Assembly (NCBI GenBank): GCA_000697335.1
Contig: JNEM01013514.1
Coordinates: 1 to 34,164 of the forward strand
Direction of reading: 5' to 3'
From: Conidiobolus incongruus B7586
Taxonomy: Eukaryota
DNA: 34,164 bases
Positions within the stretch are counted from its first letter, which is position 1; each line of letters opens with the position of its first letter. Shown one piece after another: positions 1 to 13,114 of the stretch. A model generated the notes under the pieces. The model saw only the letters and a list, made by a program, of their open reading frames with translations. It made no database searches and was not told the DNA's origin. Position numbers and translations under genes: made by a program.

Positions 1-2121
1 TTTTTAAAATCAAATTCAAGATAATTATTTATATACAATAAGAATTGATTTGATCAATACAAAGATTTTTGTTATAAAATTCATTAAATATTAATATAAT
101 ATAATATAATATATATATATATATTTGTATAAATATGTATTTTTAAAAACATCTAAATCAATTTAAAATTTATTAAGTACTAATTATTAAACATTGTAAT
201 ATTATTGATTTACATTAATATTGTGTTTAATATTATGTCTGTAAGCGATATTTTGCATCAAATATTTAAAAAAAATCAAAATAATTCTATATTTAGATGA
301 ATATTCTGTTTTAAAAATTTAATATTTTATTACAGTATTTCATATTAAAAAATTTTTAAAAATAAATTTTCAGTATTTTTTTTAATTAACACATTGTGAG
401 TTTTAATAGTATGTATCATCACAATAAAACATAATATATATATTTGATCCAATTCAATTGATGATGTATATAAAGAATTTTGGATTATAATCAATTATTT
501 AAAGCTATTATGTTAAATTTTTGTCACTTTAGATACTTGAGCAAATAGCTTATTAATAGATATAATTAAAGATGGCATGAAATCGAATTGACACGACATT
601 ATCTAATTCGTTTATCTGTTGATTAAATTAAAATGCATCTCAAAATTTTTAAAACACAAATGTACATTATTTAGTTTAATTACCTGCGATTTAGCTAGTG
701 TAAGAAGTAAGATTGAGTGTTAATTGATAGCAACAGTTCAGCCAATTATCATTCTACATTAGTACAAGTTGATTTTGGTTTTTCAATACAACTGGGACAA
801 ACTGTATTTGGTAATAAAATACACGTAATAAAACAATAGTTATAATGATAAATGTAAATGTAATCGAATAATTAAATTCATTATCTCTAAATAAAATCAA
901 TAAGAATATGAGTTGATTAATTTTAACTTGTTTCAAAAAAGAATTAACACAATAATAAATAAATTAAACTGAATGAGTTAACTAATATTTTTGACACAAT
1001 TAAACTTTTTTTTACAAAAAAAAATCAAAAATAACCCACATTTTAAATATTTGAAATTAATTATCCACTATTTTAATATATCAATTCAAATAAAAAAAAT
1101 AATTTGCATATTTTTTTTTCTTTGCCAAAAAATTTAAACAAAATTAAGATTTAATTTTCACTTTTAATAAATTATTTGGTTGATTAATTTAAACAACTTA
1201 ATTAAAATTTCTGGATTTTTATAAATTATTTCTCGGTATTAAATTTATTTTATGTTAATTTTATTTTATTTTTTTATTATTTTATTAGGTTTATTTTTAA
1301 TTTAATTTATGGCCAATTTAATTTAATGGGCAAAATGCCGTTTTTATCTGGATAAATTTATGACATATTTTATACTATTTTTAGTTAATCAAAGAACCCT
1401 TAATAATATAATTTTGTAAATATATTTTATTTAGATAATAAAAATTATCTATTTGATAAATTTAACAGTGTATCTCTATTAATGCTATCAATATTTGATT
1501 TTATTAATTGAAATTTTAATTGAATTTATTTTTATCAAGTTGAAATTTGATTGGTCAATTGATTATGCAATGCATATTTTATCAAAAGATTGTTTTCTGA
1601 GTATTTTACTTAATATCAATTGAATTTAAAAAAAGCAAATATGATATATAATAGTTTCTGGTAGAGTATCTTGATTCTCAATTCTTTTTTATATTGGTAT
1701 TGATACTTATTTAATTAATTCTATTCAATGTTTAAAATTATTATCAATTGAATTCAAATCAATTCTCTTTTTGATTGAAAAAAAATCAAATATTAAAATC
1801 TATTTATTATTTAGCATTTTTATGAACTTACCTAATGTATAAATATAATCATTATGATGTAGGATATATTATTTGGATATCTATATATTCTATTAAACCT
1901 GAATTGGAACTAGAAAGGTGTTTTCATATTATTATTATTTGCATATATCCAACAACTGCCAACTCCTATTAATTAAAAGTGCATTATTTTTTCCCATTGA
2001 ATGTTACGAATTGAGTTTGCCTTAATTGATTCTAATCGAATGTAAAATTATTGTTATCTTTGATAATTTGATTATTGGTAAATTTATTTATCAGTTTCAT
2101 TTTTGAATGAACAAATCACTT

Positions 2122-2141
2122 ACACACACACACACACACAC
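2122..2141. repeat. (AC)n microsatellite upstream of GATA factor 1
   Basis: acacacacacacacacacac read directly. Confidence 0.95.
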
Positions 2142-2210
2142 ATATCCTTTTACCACCCATACTCATTTCATTTACCGCCCTTCTCATTTTTCGTCATTTA
2201 TTCATTTTAC

Positions 2211-2220
2211 TATAAATAAA
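2211..2220 (+). promoter_or_regulatory. Probable TATA box of GATA factor 1
   Basis: TATAAATAAA after a pyrimidine-rich tract, about 200 nt upstream of the ATG at 2414. Confidence 0.55.
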
Positions 2221-2413
2221 CTACTCTCTCCTAGATTTGATATCAACTTCACATTGTTCACTAATATCCTATCTAAGCTTAAAGGATTCCAACTTTTTAT
2301 TCCCAAGTTCAGCTATATTTTATCCTGCATTATACTTCTTACCAAAAATTAACTAACTAGTTATTCAAAGGTATTATTCTATCCTTTTATTAATACAAAC
2401 ATATTCAAAATCC

Positions 2414-3217
2414 ATGATGTCAACCGATATTGCCAAAATCAATTCCTTCAACTGCTTCGCCTGCAATACAAAGCAAGCTCCATGCATGATTCATTCTTCC
2501 ACTTCTCACGAATCAGAAAGAAATAGCACAGGCAAAAATTCCTCCAACGTATTACGCTGTGCTAACTGTTTCAGTACAACAACTCCTTTATGGCGACGTG
2601 ATCCTCAAGGTCGCACAATTTGCAATGCATGTGGTCTTTATTATAAGCTCAACAAGGTACATCGACCAGCTTGCCTTAAGCAAGATGTCATTCGCAGACG
2701 CAGACGCACTTCAAAACATATGAAATCATTAACAATAATTCCGGTCCAAATGAACCAACCCACTCAACATTACGCCACACATCCCCTCCATTATCAACAT
2801 CAGCCTCATAATGCTTATCCAAACTATTATCCCCACATGCCGCAACCTTATCACAACAATCGTTTAGTGTCACAACCCAATGAACATTCGAAGCGATTCA
2901 TCCATTCTGATCCCAATGCATCATATTATCAAGTCCCTTCTTCAATGCCATTGGGCCGCTCTAGATGTAACTCCCTCCCTACACCTCCCTCGCAGCCATT
3001 CCTGAGGAGCTCAACTCACTCATCACCTGCGATCTATGGCTCAGCTACTTTCACATCACCCCATCTCGAAAGCCAAAATGTATTTCCAACGCCACCAACC
3101 TCCACTCCAATGCAAGAACCTTCATCCAGATACAAATTACCCTCAATTTCAGAGCTTTTGCCAGAATTAGCTCCTCAAAACAACCTCAATCAATCCTGTA
3201 AATTAGCCAACTACTAA
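2414..3217 (+). CDS. GATA zinc-finger transcription factor, single finger, intronless (267 aa)
   Basis: CANC-x17-CNAC finger with TTTPLWRR and basic tail [12 protein letters not shown]...IRRRRR; Pro/His/Gln/Ser-rich C-terminus ending in LPSISELL. Confidence 0.95.
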   Translation: MMSTDIAKINSFNCFACNTKQAPCMIHSSTSHESERNSTGKNSSNVLRCANCFSTTTPLWRRDPQGRTICNACGLYYKLNKVHRPACLKQDVIRRRRRTSKHMKSLTIIPVQMNQPTQHYATHPLHYQHQPHNAYPNYYPHMPQPYHNNRLVSQPNEHSKRFIHSDPNASYYQVPSSMPLGRSRCNSLPTPPSQPFLRSSTHSSPAIYGSATFTSPHLESQNVFPTPPTSTPMQEPSSRYKLPSISELLPELAPQNNLNQSCKLANY

Positions 3218-5580
3218 CTCTAAATAAGCATAAGTCAAGCCATCAGAGATGGGAATATATAATATAATTTTACTCATTCAATTAAATTAGCATAGAATGA
3301 ATGTTTATAATTAGACAATAAAATTTCTAAAATAATATAACTTAATAAATTTTATTTTTTTTAAAAAAAAATATTTTATATAATATAAAAATAATTTTTG
3401 ATTATAATTAAAATTAATAAGATTTAAATAATAATTTTTGACCTAATAATTATTAATTGTTTATTTATTTATTTATTTATTTATTAATGATATATATTAT
3501 TAATTAAAATATTATTAAAATTAACTATAAAAATTTTTTAAATTTTTCAAAAAATAAACACAAACACTTAAATAATTTTAACTATAAATTTAAGTTTATG
3601 TAATAATTTTTTTTTTAAATTTGATATTATAAAATTATTATTAAATAAAAATTTTAATAATAAATTTCACTTTTTAAAAAAATTAATTAGTGTCACATTT
3701 TTAATAATATTATTAGTTATTATTGATTTAAAATTAATTAATTACAACCTTTAATAATAATTTTTAATAGTATTCTGGTTAATGAATTAAATAACTACTT
3801 TTGGATATTTTATATTAATTAAGTACTCTCAAAATTCCGAATAAGTTTCGAGTGTAATTCATGCATGTAAATTTTTATTAAAGATCGGAGTAAAATAAAA
3901 GATTTGGCTTAAGGAAGTTATTTTTCACCATATTCCTTAATTATTTAGTTTGTAAAAATCTAATATTACTAACTTATTACACATTTGAATACATTCAATT
4001 TTTTATAACTCATAATATATATACGTTATTATTAAATTTTTATTATATTAGCAGTTTTGAACAATTTTAATATTTTAAGTTAATTTTTTTAAAAAATAAA
4101 ATTAATTAATTATTATAATCAGGATTATAATTTTGTTAAGATTTCTACAATCATAATTAATTTAAATTAATTCAAAATTCAATTTATTTATAATTATTAA
4201 TAATGGTTATATTTAGTTGAGAGTATGTATATATGTATGTATGTATGTATGTAATATAATATAATATAATATTTTTTACTTAAATTTTTGCACTTAATAT
4301 ATACTGTTGTGGGTTTTGGCGATAACTAAAATTTTTTTTGTTCAAAATTTTAAAATCAACACTTGATCAATTTTTTGAATGAACAAATGTAATATATATA
4401 TATATATATATATTATAGAATTTGAAAATTGAAAAAAAAATAATTGATAAGACATAAAATGAAGTTTCACAATTTGTGTACTTGAATAGTTTATGTGAAC
4501 TTTCCTTTATTAGACTATCAGTAATAAAATTTATCATAAACTCGTGATAATTAAATTAATGGGTCTATTTAATAAAAAATTTAATTTTATTAATATTTTA
4601 ATAACAGAAATAAAAAAAATTAATTGGCTATTAAAGATAGTAGATTTATTACATAATTTTTAAAATTAATAACATTTATATTATATTATATCAATTTAGA
4701 TTTTATAATTTTAATACAAACTATATTAATTTAAAATTTATATAAATATATATTGAATTTGAAATTTAGTTTAATTTTTTTAGTATTGAATTTACTTGAA
4801 TATTAAATTTGAATTCAATAGTATAAGTAAAAAGTATTAGCTTAATATATACAGTATATTAATATAGCCATTCATTCATAAATTTTGCCACTTATTAAAT
4901 TTAAAAATTTAATAAAATAGAATTTCCATTTAAATATCATTTACCTGGCCCATGAGTATGATGTATTATTATTAGACTTCCTTTGTGAATATTGAGAGTT
5001 TGGTCCAAAAAATAGTGATAAAATCAAAAATTCGATATTGCCAAAATTAATAGTATTGTAACCTTATGAAATTGATGTACATTTATATTTTAAGAAATTT
5101 AAAATATCTTACATTGGAAAAATATTATAATCCAATTTTTATACGTTTTATTTATAACACTATTGTAATAAGTACCATTATTATTAAATTATGCAAATCA
5201 TTAAATGATGCTTTATATGTTACGAGATTTCAATAATCTAATCAATTGGATAAAATATATTTACAATATATTATTGACTTTCTTCAATCAACTCTTGTTA
5301 ATTGTATTTGAATATCTAAAATCAAATCAAAATTAAATTACAAATCTGTGATTTTTGATATATTTACTTATCTTATTCTCACTCCCAAATATATTGCAAC
5401 TTTATAATTTTAAAATTTGAATTTGAATAATTTGAAAAATATTATAAGTTTCTTATAATATTTTATTTTAAATTAACTGAAACAAAATTTTAGCGATGGT
5501 CAAAGATAACAGAGATTATTTTTTAAAAAGTATTAATCAAACTTCAAATAATGGTTATGAATTGAAAAATATATTATAAG

Positions 5581-5918
5581 TATTAACACGTTTTGGGAAA
5601 GCCGTGTCCTGAGTAATTTGAATAAAAGAGAGAGATCTGGAGAATACCAGGTAACTGATAGAGAGAGAAGGAGTTTATTGGTATAAGGCAGATAGCTAGG
5701 AGGACCCAGATCGAGCTCGTTGTTTTCAAGATAGCTCTAATTCCGGATTTTATATGGAGTGAATAGAGTAAGGGGATTTATGGAGTATTCCGGTGGCTTG
5801 TATCACAAACCAATTAAAGGATAAAGATGAAGGAGCTGATCATGTGAGGGGAGAATAACCCTTAAATTAATTTGAAGTAAGCATATTAAGTAGGAGAGGA
5901 GGCTCCTGGCTTGTGACA
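5581..5918 (-). mobile_element. Solo LTR of an LTR retrotransposon (~338 bp)
   Basis: GC-richer island in AT-rich DNA. The minus strand starts TGTCACAAG, has TATAAAA (~5747-5753), then AATAAA (~5674-5679) and a CT-rich tract, and ends ...GTGTTAATA (degenerate end). GTAT occurs at both junctions (possible TSD). The left boundary is uncertain by a few nt. Confidence 0.7.
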
Positions 5919-6370
5919 GTATATTTAAAAAAAAATAAATATTTTAACACTAATATTAACTGAATTGAAAAAAATCTATCTTAAAAAAATTGCATATCAT
6001 TAGGTGAAAGTTTAAAATTTTATAAAAAAATTAATCAAAAAAAAATATTTTTCTATTTGATGAAATTTATATATTATATTAATTTAATATTTAATAATGA
6101 GATCAAAATAATAATATACTCAATTAATTAATATCATAAAAATAATGAATTAAAGAATTTAAATTATAATTTGAGTATATAGGCTGAAGAAAAAATTAAT
6201 TGAAATAAAAGGATAGAAAATCATGATAATAATTGAATAAAGTGAAAAAAAATTTAAAGTTAACTTTTAATAGATATAAAGAAACAAAAAATTGTTGAGA
6301 GAATGAAAAATAAAAATAAATATTTGATAAAAAATCTAACACATAAAAATGTTCCATTACTCTTTAGTAA

Positions 6371-6442
6371 GCTCCGCTGGTGTAATGGTTAGCACTCAGG
6401 ACTTTGAATCCTGCGATCTGAGTTCGATTCTCAGGCAGAGCT
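6371..6442 (+). tRNA. tRNA-Gln(UUG)
   Basis: Full cloverleaf GCTCCGC/GCAGAGC, D arm GTGT..GCAC, CAGGA-CT TTG AA-TCCTG, CTGAG-TTCGATT-CTCAG; T-rich terminator immediately downstream. Confidence 0.95.
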
Positions 6443-6996
6443 TTATTTTTTGTTATTTAATTTTTATAATCAATAATTTTTATTCATTGATAATATCTTT
6501 TAATTTTGAATATATTATATATTTATAGATTTAATCTTTCGTTCGTTTATAATCCTGCTTATATTAACCTACCAAGTCATTTTTTGTTACTATTTATATA
6601 AAATATTGATATTTAGATTTTTCATCACATTTATTTATTATTTCAACTTATATTTTTAATCAATGTACATTTTATTTTTGTTTGATGTTTTACTATTACA
6701 ATTATTGTACAGATTTATATTATTTGAAATATTTCATATCTACGATTAAACTTATTGTATTTTATATTATGGGAATAAAATATTTATGATTAATATTTTT
6801 TTAATTTAATTTATAATATTAAAATTCATCAAATTATTAATTTTTTTGTACAATTTTGATTATTATAAATTAGAACAAATTATTTATAATTCAATCCCAC
6901 ATTTTAATTTTAAACGATAAAATCATGAAAAGGATAGTCAATATAATTTAAAAATATATCAATTTTATAAAAAAAATTCAATAATATAAATTTAAA

Positions 6997-8116
6997 ATGA
7001 ATAAAGATAGACAATTAAGCAATCCAGAAAAACAATTTTTAATCGATTCTCTCAATCTTAAATTACGCGAAGATTCCCGAAATATTCACGAATTTCGACC
7101 TATCAAACTCAATTTTTTTAAAGATGTTTACGGTCAGGTGGAAGTTTGTTTAGGTAAAACTAGGTATTTGTTCTTTATTAGATATTGCAGGGATAATGTG
7201 TTGATTTGGTTTTAGAGTTTTAGCTAAAGTATCGGCAAGTGTTACATTACCCTATCCCGATAAACCTACCGAAGGTATTTTGCAATTCAGTTCGGAAATT
7301 CACTCTTTGGCTCACCTTAGTTATGAGAGTGGAAAGTAATATTATAACTATACACTGTTAATATTGTTTTATTAATCGCATATAATTAATTATCATAGGA
7401 CATCAGAAACCGAAGTGATTATTACTAGAATGTTAGAAAGAAGTTTTAGAAGGAGTAAAGCTATCGATATGGAAGGTTTATGTATTGTAGCTGGTGAAAA
7501 AGTACACTATTTCAAATATCATCGATGTAATGAATATACTTATATGATTTAATTGGATTAGGTTTGGACTTTGAGAGTGGATATTCACTTTTTAGACGAT
7601 GATGGCAATTTAATGGATGCCGCAAGTATTGCTGCTTTAGCTGCTCTACGTCATTTTAGATATCCTGATGTTACGGTAATTGGACAAGATGTTACAATTG
7701 TAAGTTGTATATGAAATATAAAGATTTATAAGATTATTTATACTTTACTTTTTTTACAGCATAATATGGATGAAAAGCCACCTATTGCGCTTACCATTCA
7801 TCATCCCATTGTAACGGTTTCTTTTGGTATATTTAATAATGGGTAAGAGCCAACAACTGAATACCATGAATATAAACTGATAAATGTATGACTTAGTGAA
7901 TTAGCTATTGTCGACTGTACATCAACAGAAGAACAAGTACGTCAAGGGAATATAGTGATTGCAATGAATCCCCACCAACAGATCATAGCGTTGACCAAAT
8001 TGGGTGGTGTAAATACGAGTCCTTTACAGATGTGGGGATGTATTGAAACTGCTAAAGTTAGAGTTCAAGAAATTCAAGAATTAATTACCAACGAGTGTAA
8101 ATTTCATTCCAATTAG
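6997..8116 (+). CDS. RRP45: Exosome core subunit Rrp45 (RNase PH family), 6 exons, ~276 aa
   Basis: Exons 6997-7163, 7216-7335, 7399-7501, 7562-7699, 7760-7842, 7897-8116 splice in frame (831 nt); motifs LREDSRNIHEFR, IDMEGLCIVAGEKVWTLRVDIHFLDDDGNLMDAASIAALAALRHFR. Confidence 0.93.
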
Positions 8117-8573
8117 GTATCTTGTTGGACTAAGTAATCCTAATTTATTATGAACTAAAAATCGAATAAAAATTATATAGAATTTTGATAGTAAATATTG
8201 ATAATCAATTTTTATTTTAAAAATTTATAAAGTGGTATTTTTATAATATTTTTATTTTTCAAAATTATAAAATTTTTATTTAACAATATAATTTTATTAT
8301 TATTTTTATTTATATTCAAATTAATTTAACTATTTTTGAATTTATTTATATTTCAAAATTGTCAAAATTAATGATCAATTTAATTTTTTTTAAATCCCAT
8401 ATATTTTTAAAAAAATATTAATACAACTAAATAATACAGTCTCAAAATTCTATTCAATTTAAAAATTTACAATCACTAAAAATTAAATTTTATTAATTAA
8501 AATAATAATAAATTATTTTTAACTATTATACTAATAAAAATTTTAATAACAATTATTAAATAATCTTTAAATA

Positions 8574-11500
8574 ATGCACGATTATAACCATTACGAATTT
8601 AGTCAACCAGCCAGTTCTATTAACAAAACCCAACTTATAATGAGTAAATTTACTTTATACGAAACCAAAACCCGTTTCTATATAGTGGGGAGCAACCAGG
8701 GTGATAACTGTTACAGAATCTTAAAGATCGATAGAACTTCCATAGACGAGTTAAATGTCACCGAGGATGAAGTTGTGTATACCAAATCCGAATGTGTCGA
8801 ACTCTTGAGTATGATCGACCAGGGAAACTTACATACGGGAGGTCTTCAAAAAGTGTGCTCAGGGTTTGGTATTATAGGTAACTGGCTATTTTATAAGATT
8901 TATTATTATTATTATTATAATAATTAATTAAATGTTACAGGATTTATTAAATTTACACAGGGATACTATTTGAATTTAATAACTAAAAGAAAAGCTATAG
9001 CCCTAGTAGGAGGACACTATATTTATCATATTGAAGATACTGCTCTCTTACCAATAAGTCGAAATAGCTTGGGAGAGAGACGTCCCGATGAAGCTAGGTA
9101 TTCTTGAATACTTCATAATGTGAATATTGATTAATTAGTATTTTAGATATGTTTCAATTTTTCAAAATATGGATATGACTAAGAATTTTTATTTTAGGTA
9201 AAGATTTAAATATTTAATAATTGAATAATTCATTAATTTTTTAATAGTTATACCTATGATATTACACACTCTTTACAATATAATATAACCAAATTAAATC
9301 CTAATAAATTTGATGATCCCAACCATCCTCCATTTTCAGGATATCAAGAAATGTTTGTTTGGAATCACTATTTATTGAAGAATGGATTCGGCAAACATTG
9401 TCTCAATAGTCCATCGCATTGGGTGCTACCTATTATTTATGGGTTTGTAGATCAAGCAAGTAATTATTATGATTCATAATGTTAAAAAAATAATTTATTT
9501 ACAATATTTCAGAAATATCAGTTTTAGGCATTCCGATTGCTGTAACATTAATAGCGAGAAGATCTTGCAAATATGCAGGTGCCAGATTCCTAAAACGAGG
9601 TGTCAATGATCAGGGATATGTAGCCAATGAAGTTGAAACGGAACAGATCGTAAATTTAATGGAGCCTACATCGCTATATCTACCTCAAAAGCATGAGGAT
9701 GGTACTGTTTACTATATCCCCAACCCACGATACACTTCCTTCATTCAGCATCGAGGATCGATTCCGCTGAGCTGGGTTCAGGATCCTTCGAATATGGCGC
9801 CTAAACCCCAGATTGAATTGACACTTCCGGATCCTTTCCATGCGAGAGCAGCTTCTCACTTTAATTCGATGTTCCAACGTTATGGCTCACCTATTATTGT
9901 CCTAAATTTAATCAAAGCGAAAGAGAAGACACCACGAGAGTCCAAGTTACTACCTCCATTTAAAGATATGACCACCTACTTGACTAAATGTCTCAACGAC
10001 TCCAGTAAGATTATTTATGTGCCTTGGGATATGTCAAGAGCATCCAAAAGGTAATCCAATATAATATTTGAATAAATTTTAACTAATTATGTCATTAGTC
10101 GAGATCAAGATGTAATCAGTTGGTTGGAAAGTTTCGCTGAGGACGCTCTCAACATTACTAAATTCTTTCACCCGGGTCCTGAGCCCTATGCTTGGTACGA
10201 TAAGCGAAAATCAGAGTAATTTTATCATAATATTATTATATTATTTTTCCAATATTTATAATTGCATTAGTCCCAAAGATGAAAATCACAATGTTCCTAG
10301 GTATCAATACCTATTGCAGAAGGGAATTGTTCGCACAAACTGTATCGATTGTATCGACCGTACCAACGCAGCTCAATTTGTTATAGGAAAATTTGGACTT
10401 GCTCATCAATTACATGGATTAGGCATTATTAGCGAACCTTATCTTCCATTCGACTGTAATGCAATTGACATTCTCACCGAAATGTACCACGATCATGGTG
10501 ACACTCTAGCACTCCAATACGGAGGCTCATTACTCGTGAATAATATGGCAACATATCGCAAAATTAATCAAAATTGGTCATCTCACTCGCGAGACATGAT
10601 TGAAGCGATACGTCGCTTTTATTCCAACAGTTTCGTGGATGCGGAAAAGCAGGATGCCATCAATCTATTCTTGGGGGTGTATCAACCCATGCGAGAGTCC
10701 AAGAAGTTGTGGGAGATGTCTACGGATTATTATTTGCATAATTCCAGGTTTAAATTTGGTCAGCCTAGAAGAAAGGAGTAAGTTTTATTACCTATTTGTA
10801 AAACATATTAATAGTTCTATTTAGTTATATCAAATGGTGGAATCCAGAATATCTAGATAATTGGCAATTTGACAAATTCCCATGGCATAATAATCAATTT
10901 AACGAACTATCCAGAAGTGTTCAACCTCTGCCGTTCCAAATGCCCGACATTTTAGTGGATATTGAATCAGACCAAGAGTTCTTGGAGGAGGACTTCGACC
11001 CTATGAAAATATACTGGAACGAGTACTATCGTCCTAAATTATTTACCAGTTTTGGCAAGCTATTGGCATTTAATATGAATTCTACTTTAGAGTAAGTAAA
11101 CTTTTCTCTATTTAATTTAGTATATTGATGAATTATTTAGTGTAGATCTGAAAGCTTCTATGGAGAGAAGTCCCTTTCACGTTTATAAACCTCAGCAACC
11201 TTCTAATATTGAACCTGCGTAAGTTGTTTATCATTGATTGATTAACCTGATTGATTTATATATTAAATAGGTTGAATGTCGCTCGATTTGGTAAATGGAT
11301 CACATTTAATTCTGATAGAGGCAAAAATAAAAAAACGAGGAATTCCCTCCTGAACAGGGATTCTACATCTTCCGACCATCCTAGGCCACCCACTCCTGCA
11401 GTGTCGGAAGCAACTACTGCTGCCGCAAATCCTCTCGAAACACTGGTTGGCAATCTCATGAACCCCCATCTTACAACGCCCGAGCTTGAAGAATACGAGC

Positions 11501-11835
11501 GCTACGTAGACCAATACAACACTATCACTTATGGCACAGTACTCCTCCCTTACGAAAATTCTACCCAAATGATGTACTCAGACCCTGAGTACGAATTACT
11601 CGATCATTACGTCAACTCATCAACATCTATGGAAATCAATCCTTCGTCCGCAGATCTTGCCCAATTTCAGAACTATGTCCAAATTCCCAACGCCAACATC
11701 AACTTTGTCGGCAGTTTGGAATCAGGTGGAGCTAGTATGCGAGGAGGCAAGTACGAAGCTTATTCCACATGGTTGTTAGAAGGTCGCTACGTAAGACCTA
11801 CTAAGAAGGGATCGAAAATGGACGATAGTAAATAG
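8574..11835 (+). CDS. FIG4: Polyphosphoinositide phosphatase Fig4 (Sac domain, PI(3,5)P2 5-phosphatase), multi-exon
   Basis: [17 protein letters not shown]-terminus, [31 protein letters not shown], catalytic [40 protein letters not shown]; introns all GT-AG. Confidence 0.95.
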
Positions 11836-12214
11836 TTTTGATGAAATTTTGACATAATTAATTAAACTATATAATATTCTATTTTTATTTATTCCGTTAT
11901 AACTTTTTCTAATCAAAGTTTGTATTTATTATTTTAAAATTAATATTGACCAAGGTTTATATCGCTCAATATTATACAAACTTGATTTTATTTAGTTAAT
12001 AATTAATAATTGTTAGTTTGTAAATTAAAAATATTAATATAAATTTCAAAGCAATTTATGATTATTTTGTTATTATTAAATGTTTATGGATTAACTTGAA
12101 AGAAAATATTTTTGATTTTAGTTTGAATAAAGAGAATTAATAATAATTTTTAAATAAAAACAAAAGAATTGAAATGAGATACATATGAATGATAATAGTT
12201 TAAATTCGATAAAT

Positions 12215-12286
12215 AGCTCTGCCTGAGAATCGAACTCAGATCGCAGGATTCAAAGTCCTGAGTGCTAACCATTACACCAGCGGAGC
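12215..12286 (-). tRNA. tRNA-Gln(UUG), identical to the copy at 6371-6442
   Basis: Reverse complement is base-for-base identical to 6371-6442. Confidence 0.95.
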
Positions 12287-13023
12287 CATAACTTAATTTT
12301 TTCAAACTTTTTTAAATATTGGATTTAACATAAATTAATAAAATAATATTGAAATGTATTTAACTCTTTAAGGAACTTTTAGCATGTGTGCTTTTATAAT
12401 ATTTACTTTATCAAATATTTACAATTTGAAATTTTTTATTAATATTTCATATAAAAGTTTTGGTTTTCACTTATTGAATTTATGGTCTAAGATATTTCTT
12501 CCAATAGCTAATTTAATATAATAATTGGTTGATATTTTTCGTTTATAGTTTTGAATGTTATTTTATTCATTAGTGTTATTTTGAATAATTAATATAATAA
12601 TTATATTTGATTAAATTTTTAAGATCAAAAATTATATTTACAATTATTCAGCTTTTGAAATGAAAATAATACTTATATATTTCATCATTTAGATAATATA
12701 TTTCGATATAATGTAATATCGAATGCTTTTAAAATCATATATTTAAAAAAATTCGATGAAACTAGACGAGTTTGATTAAATATTGTTAATCCTTCAACTC
12801 TAAATTGGCGAATCAATATTACATTTTGTTTTGATTAAATAAAAAATTTAAGTATTTTATTACTTTTGGCTTGAAAGTTAATAATGTATTTTGTATTTGA
12901 TATTATAAATTTTATGTGTTATGCATTTTTCAAAATTTAGAGTTTATATTCCTATTAAAATTATTTGATCAATTTGAAACTAATTCACAATTAATTATGA
13001 AAATTAAATTTGACACTATTTAA

Positions 13024-13108
13024 GATTCCTTAGCTCAATGGTAGAGTAATAGTTATCAATTTTAATAATTTACCAGAGATTGCAGGTTCGAATCCTGTTG
13101 AGGAATTC
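13024..13108 (+). pseudogene. Degenerate tRNA-like element (Trp/Arg-like arms) with intact Pol III A and B boxes; probable leader of the downstream snoRNA
   Basis: Acceptor GATTCCT/AGGAATT, A box TAGCTCAATGG, D arm GCTC..GAGT, T arm GCAGG-TTCGAAT-CCTGT; the anticodon stem (ATAGT/ACCAG) has two mismatches and an AT-rich intron-like insert. Confidence 0.75.
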
Positions 13109-13114
13109 AAGATT

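Noticed and set aside
24..479. Imperfect inverted repeat (24-58 vs 442-479) suggesting a MITE
   Set aside because: Low-complexity AT-rich match, no clear TSD, and close to the window edge.
754..2352. Short ORFs 754-936 and 2107-2352
   Set aside because: AT-rich or microsatellite-derived translations with no domain; they overlap promoter/UTR sequence.
4940..4951. TTTACCTGGC resembling the U1 snRNA 5' end
   Set aside because: No U1-70K or U1A loops, no Sm site and no stems downstream.
4945..5190. Possible small spliced minus-strand ORF (GTAAGA..AAG intron 5063-5112)
   Set aside because: Upstream in-frame stop, no start, unusual acceptor and no recognisable protein.
13024..13108. tRNA-Sec
   Set aside because: Lacks the 6-bp D stem, paired anticodon stem, U33 and long variable arm.
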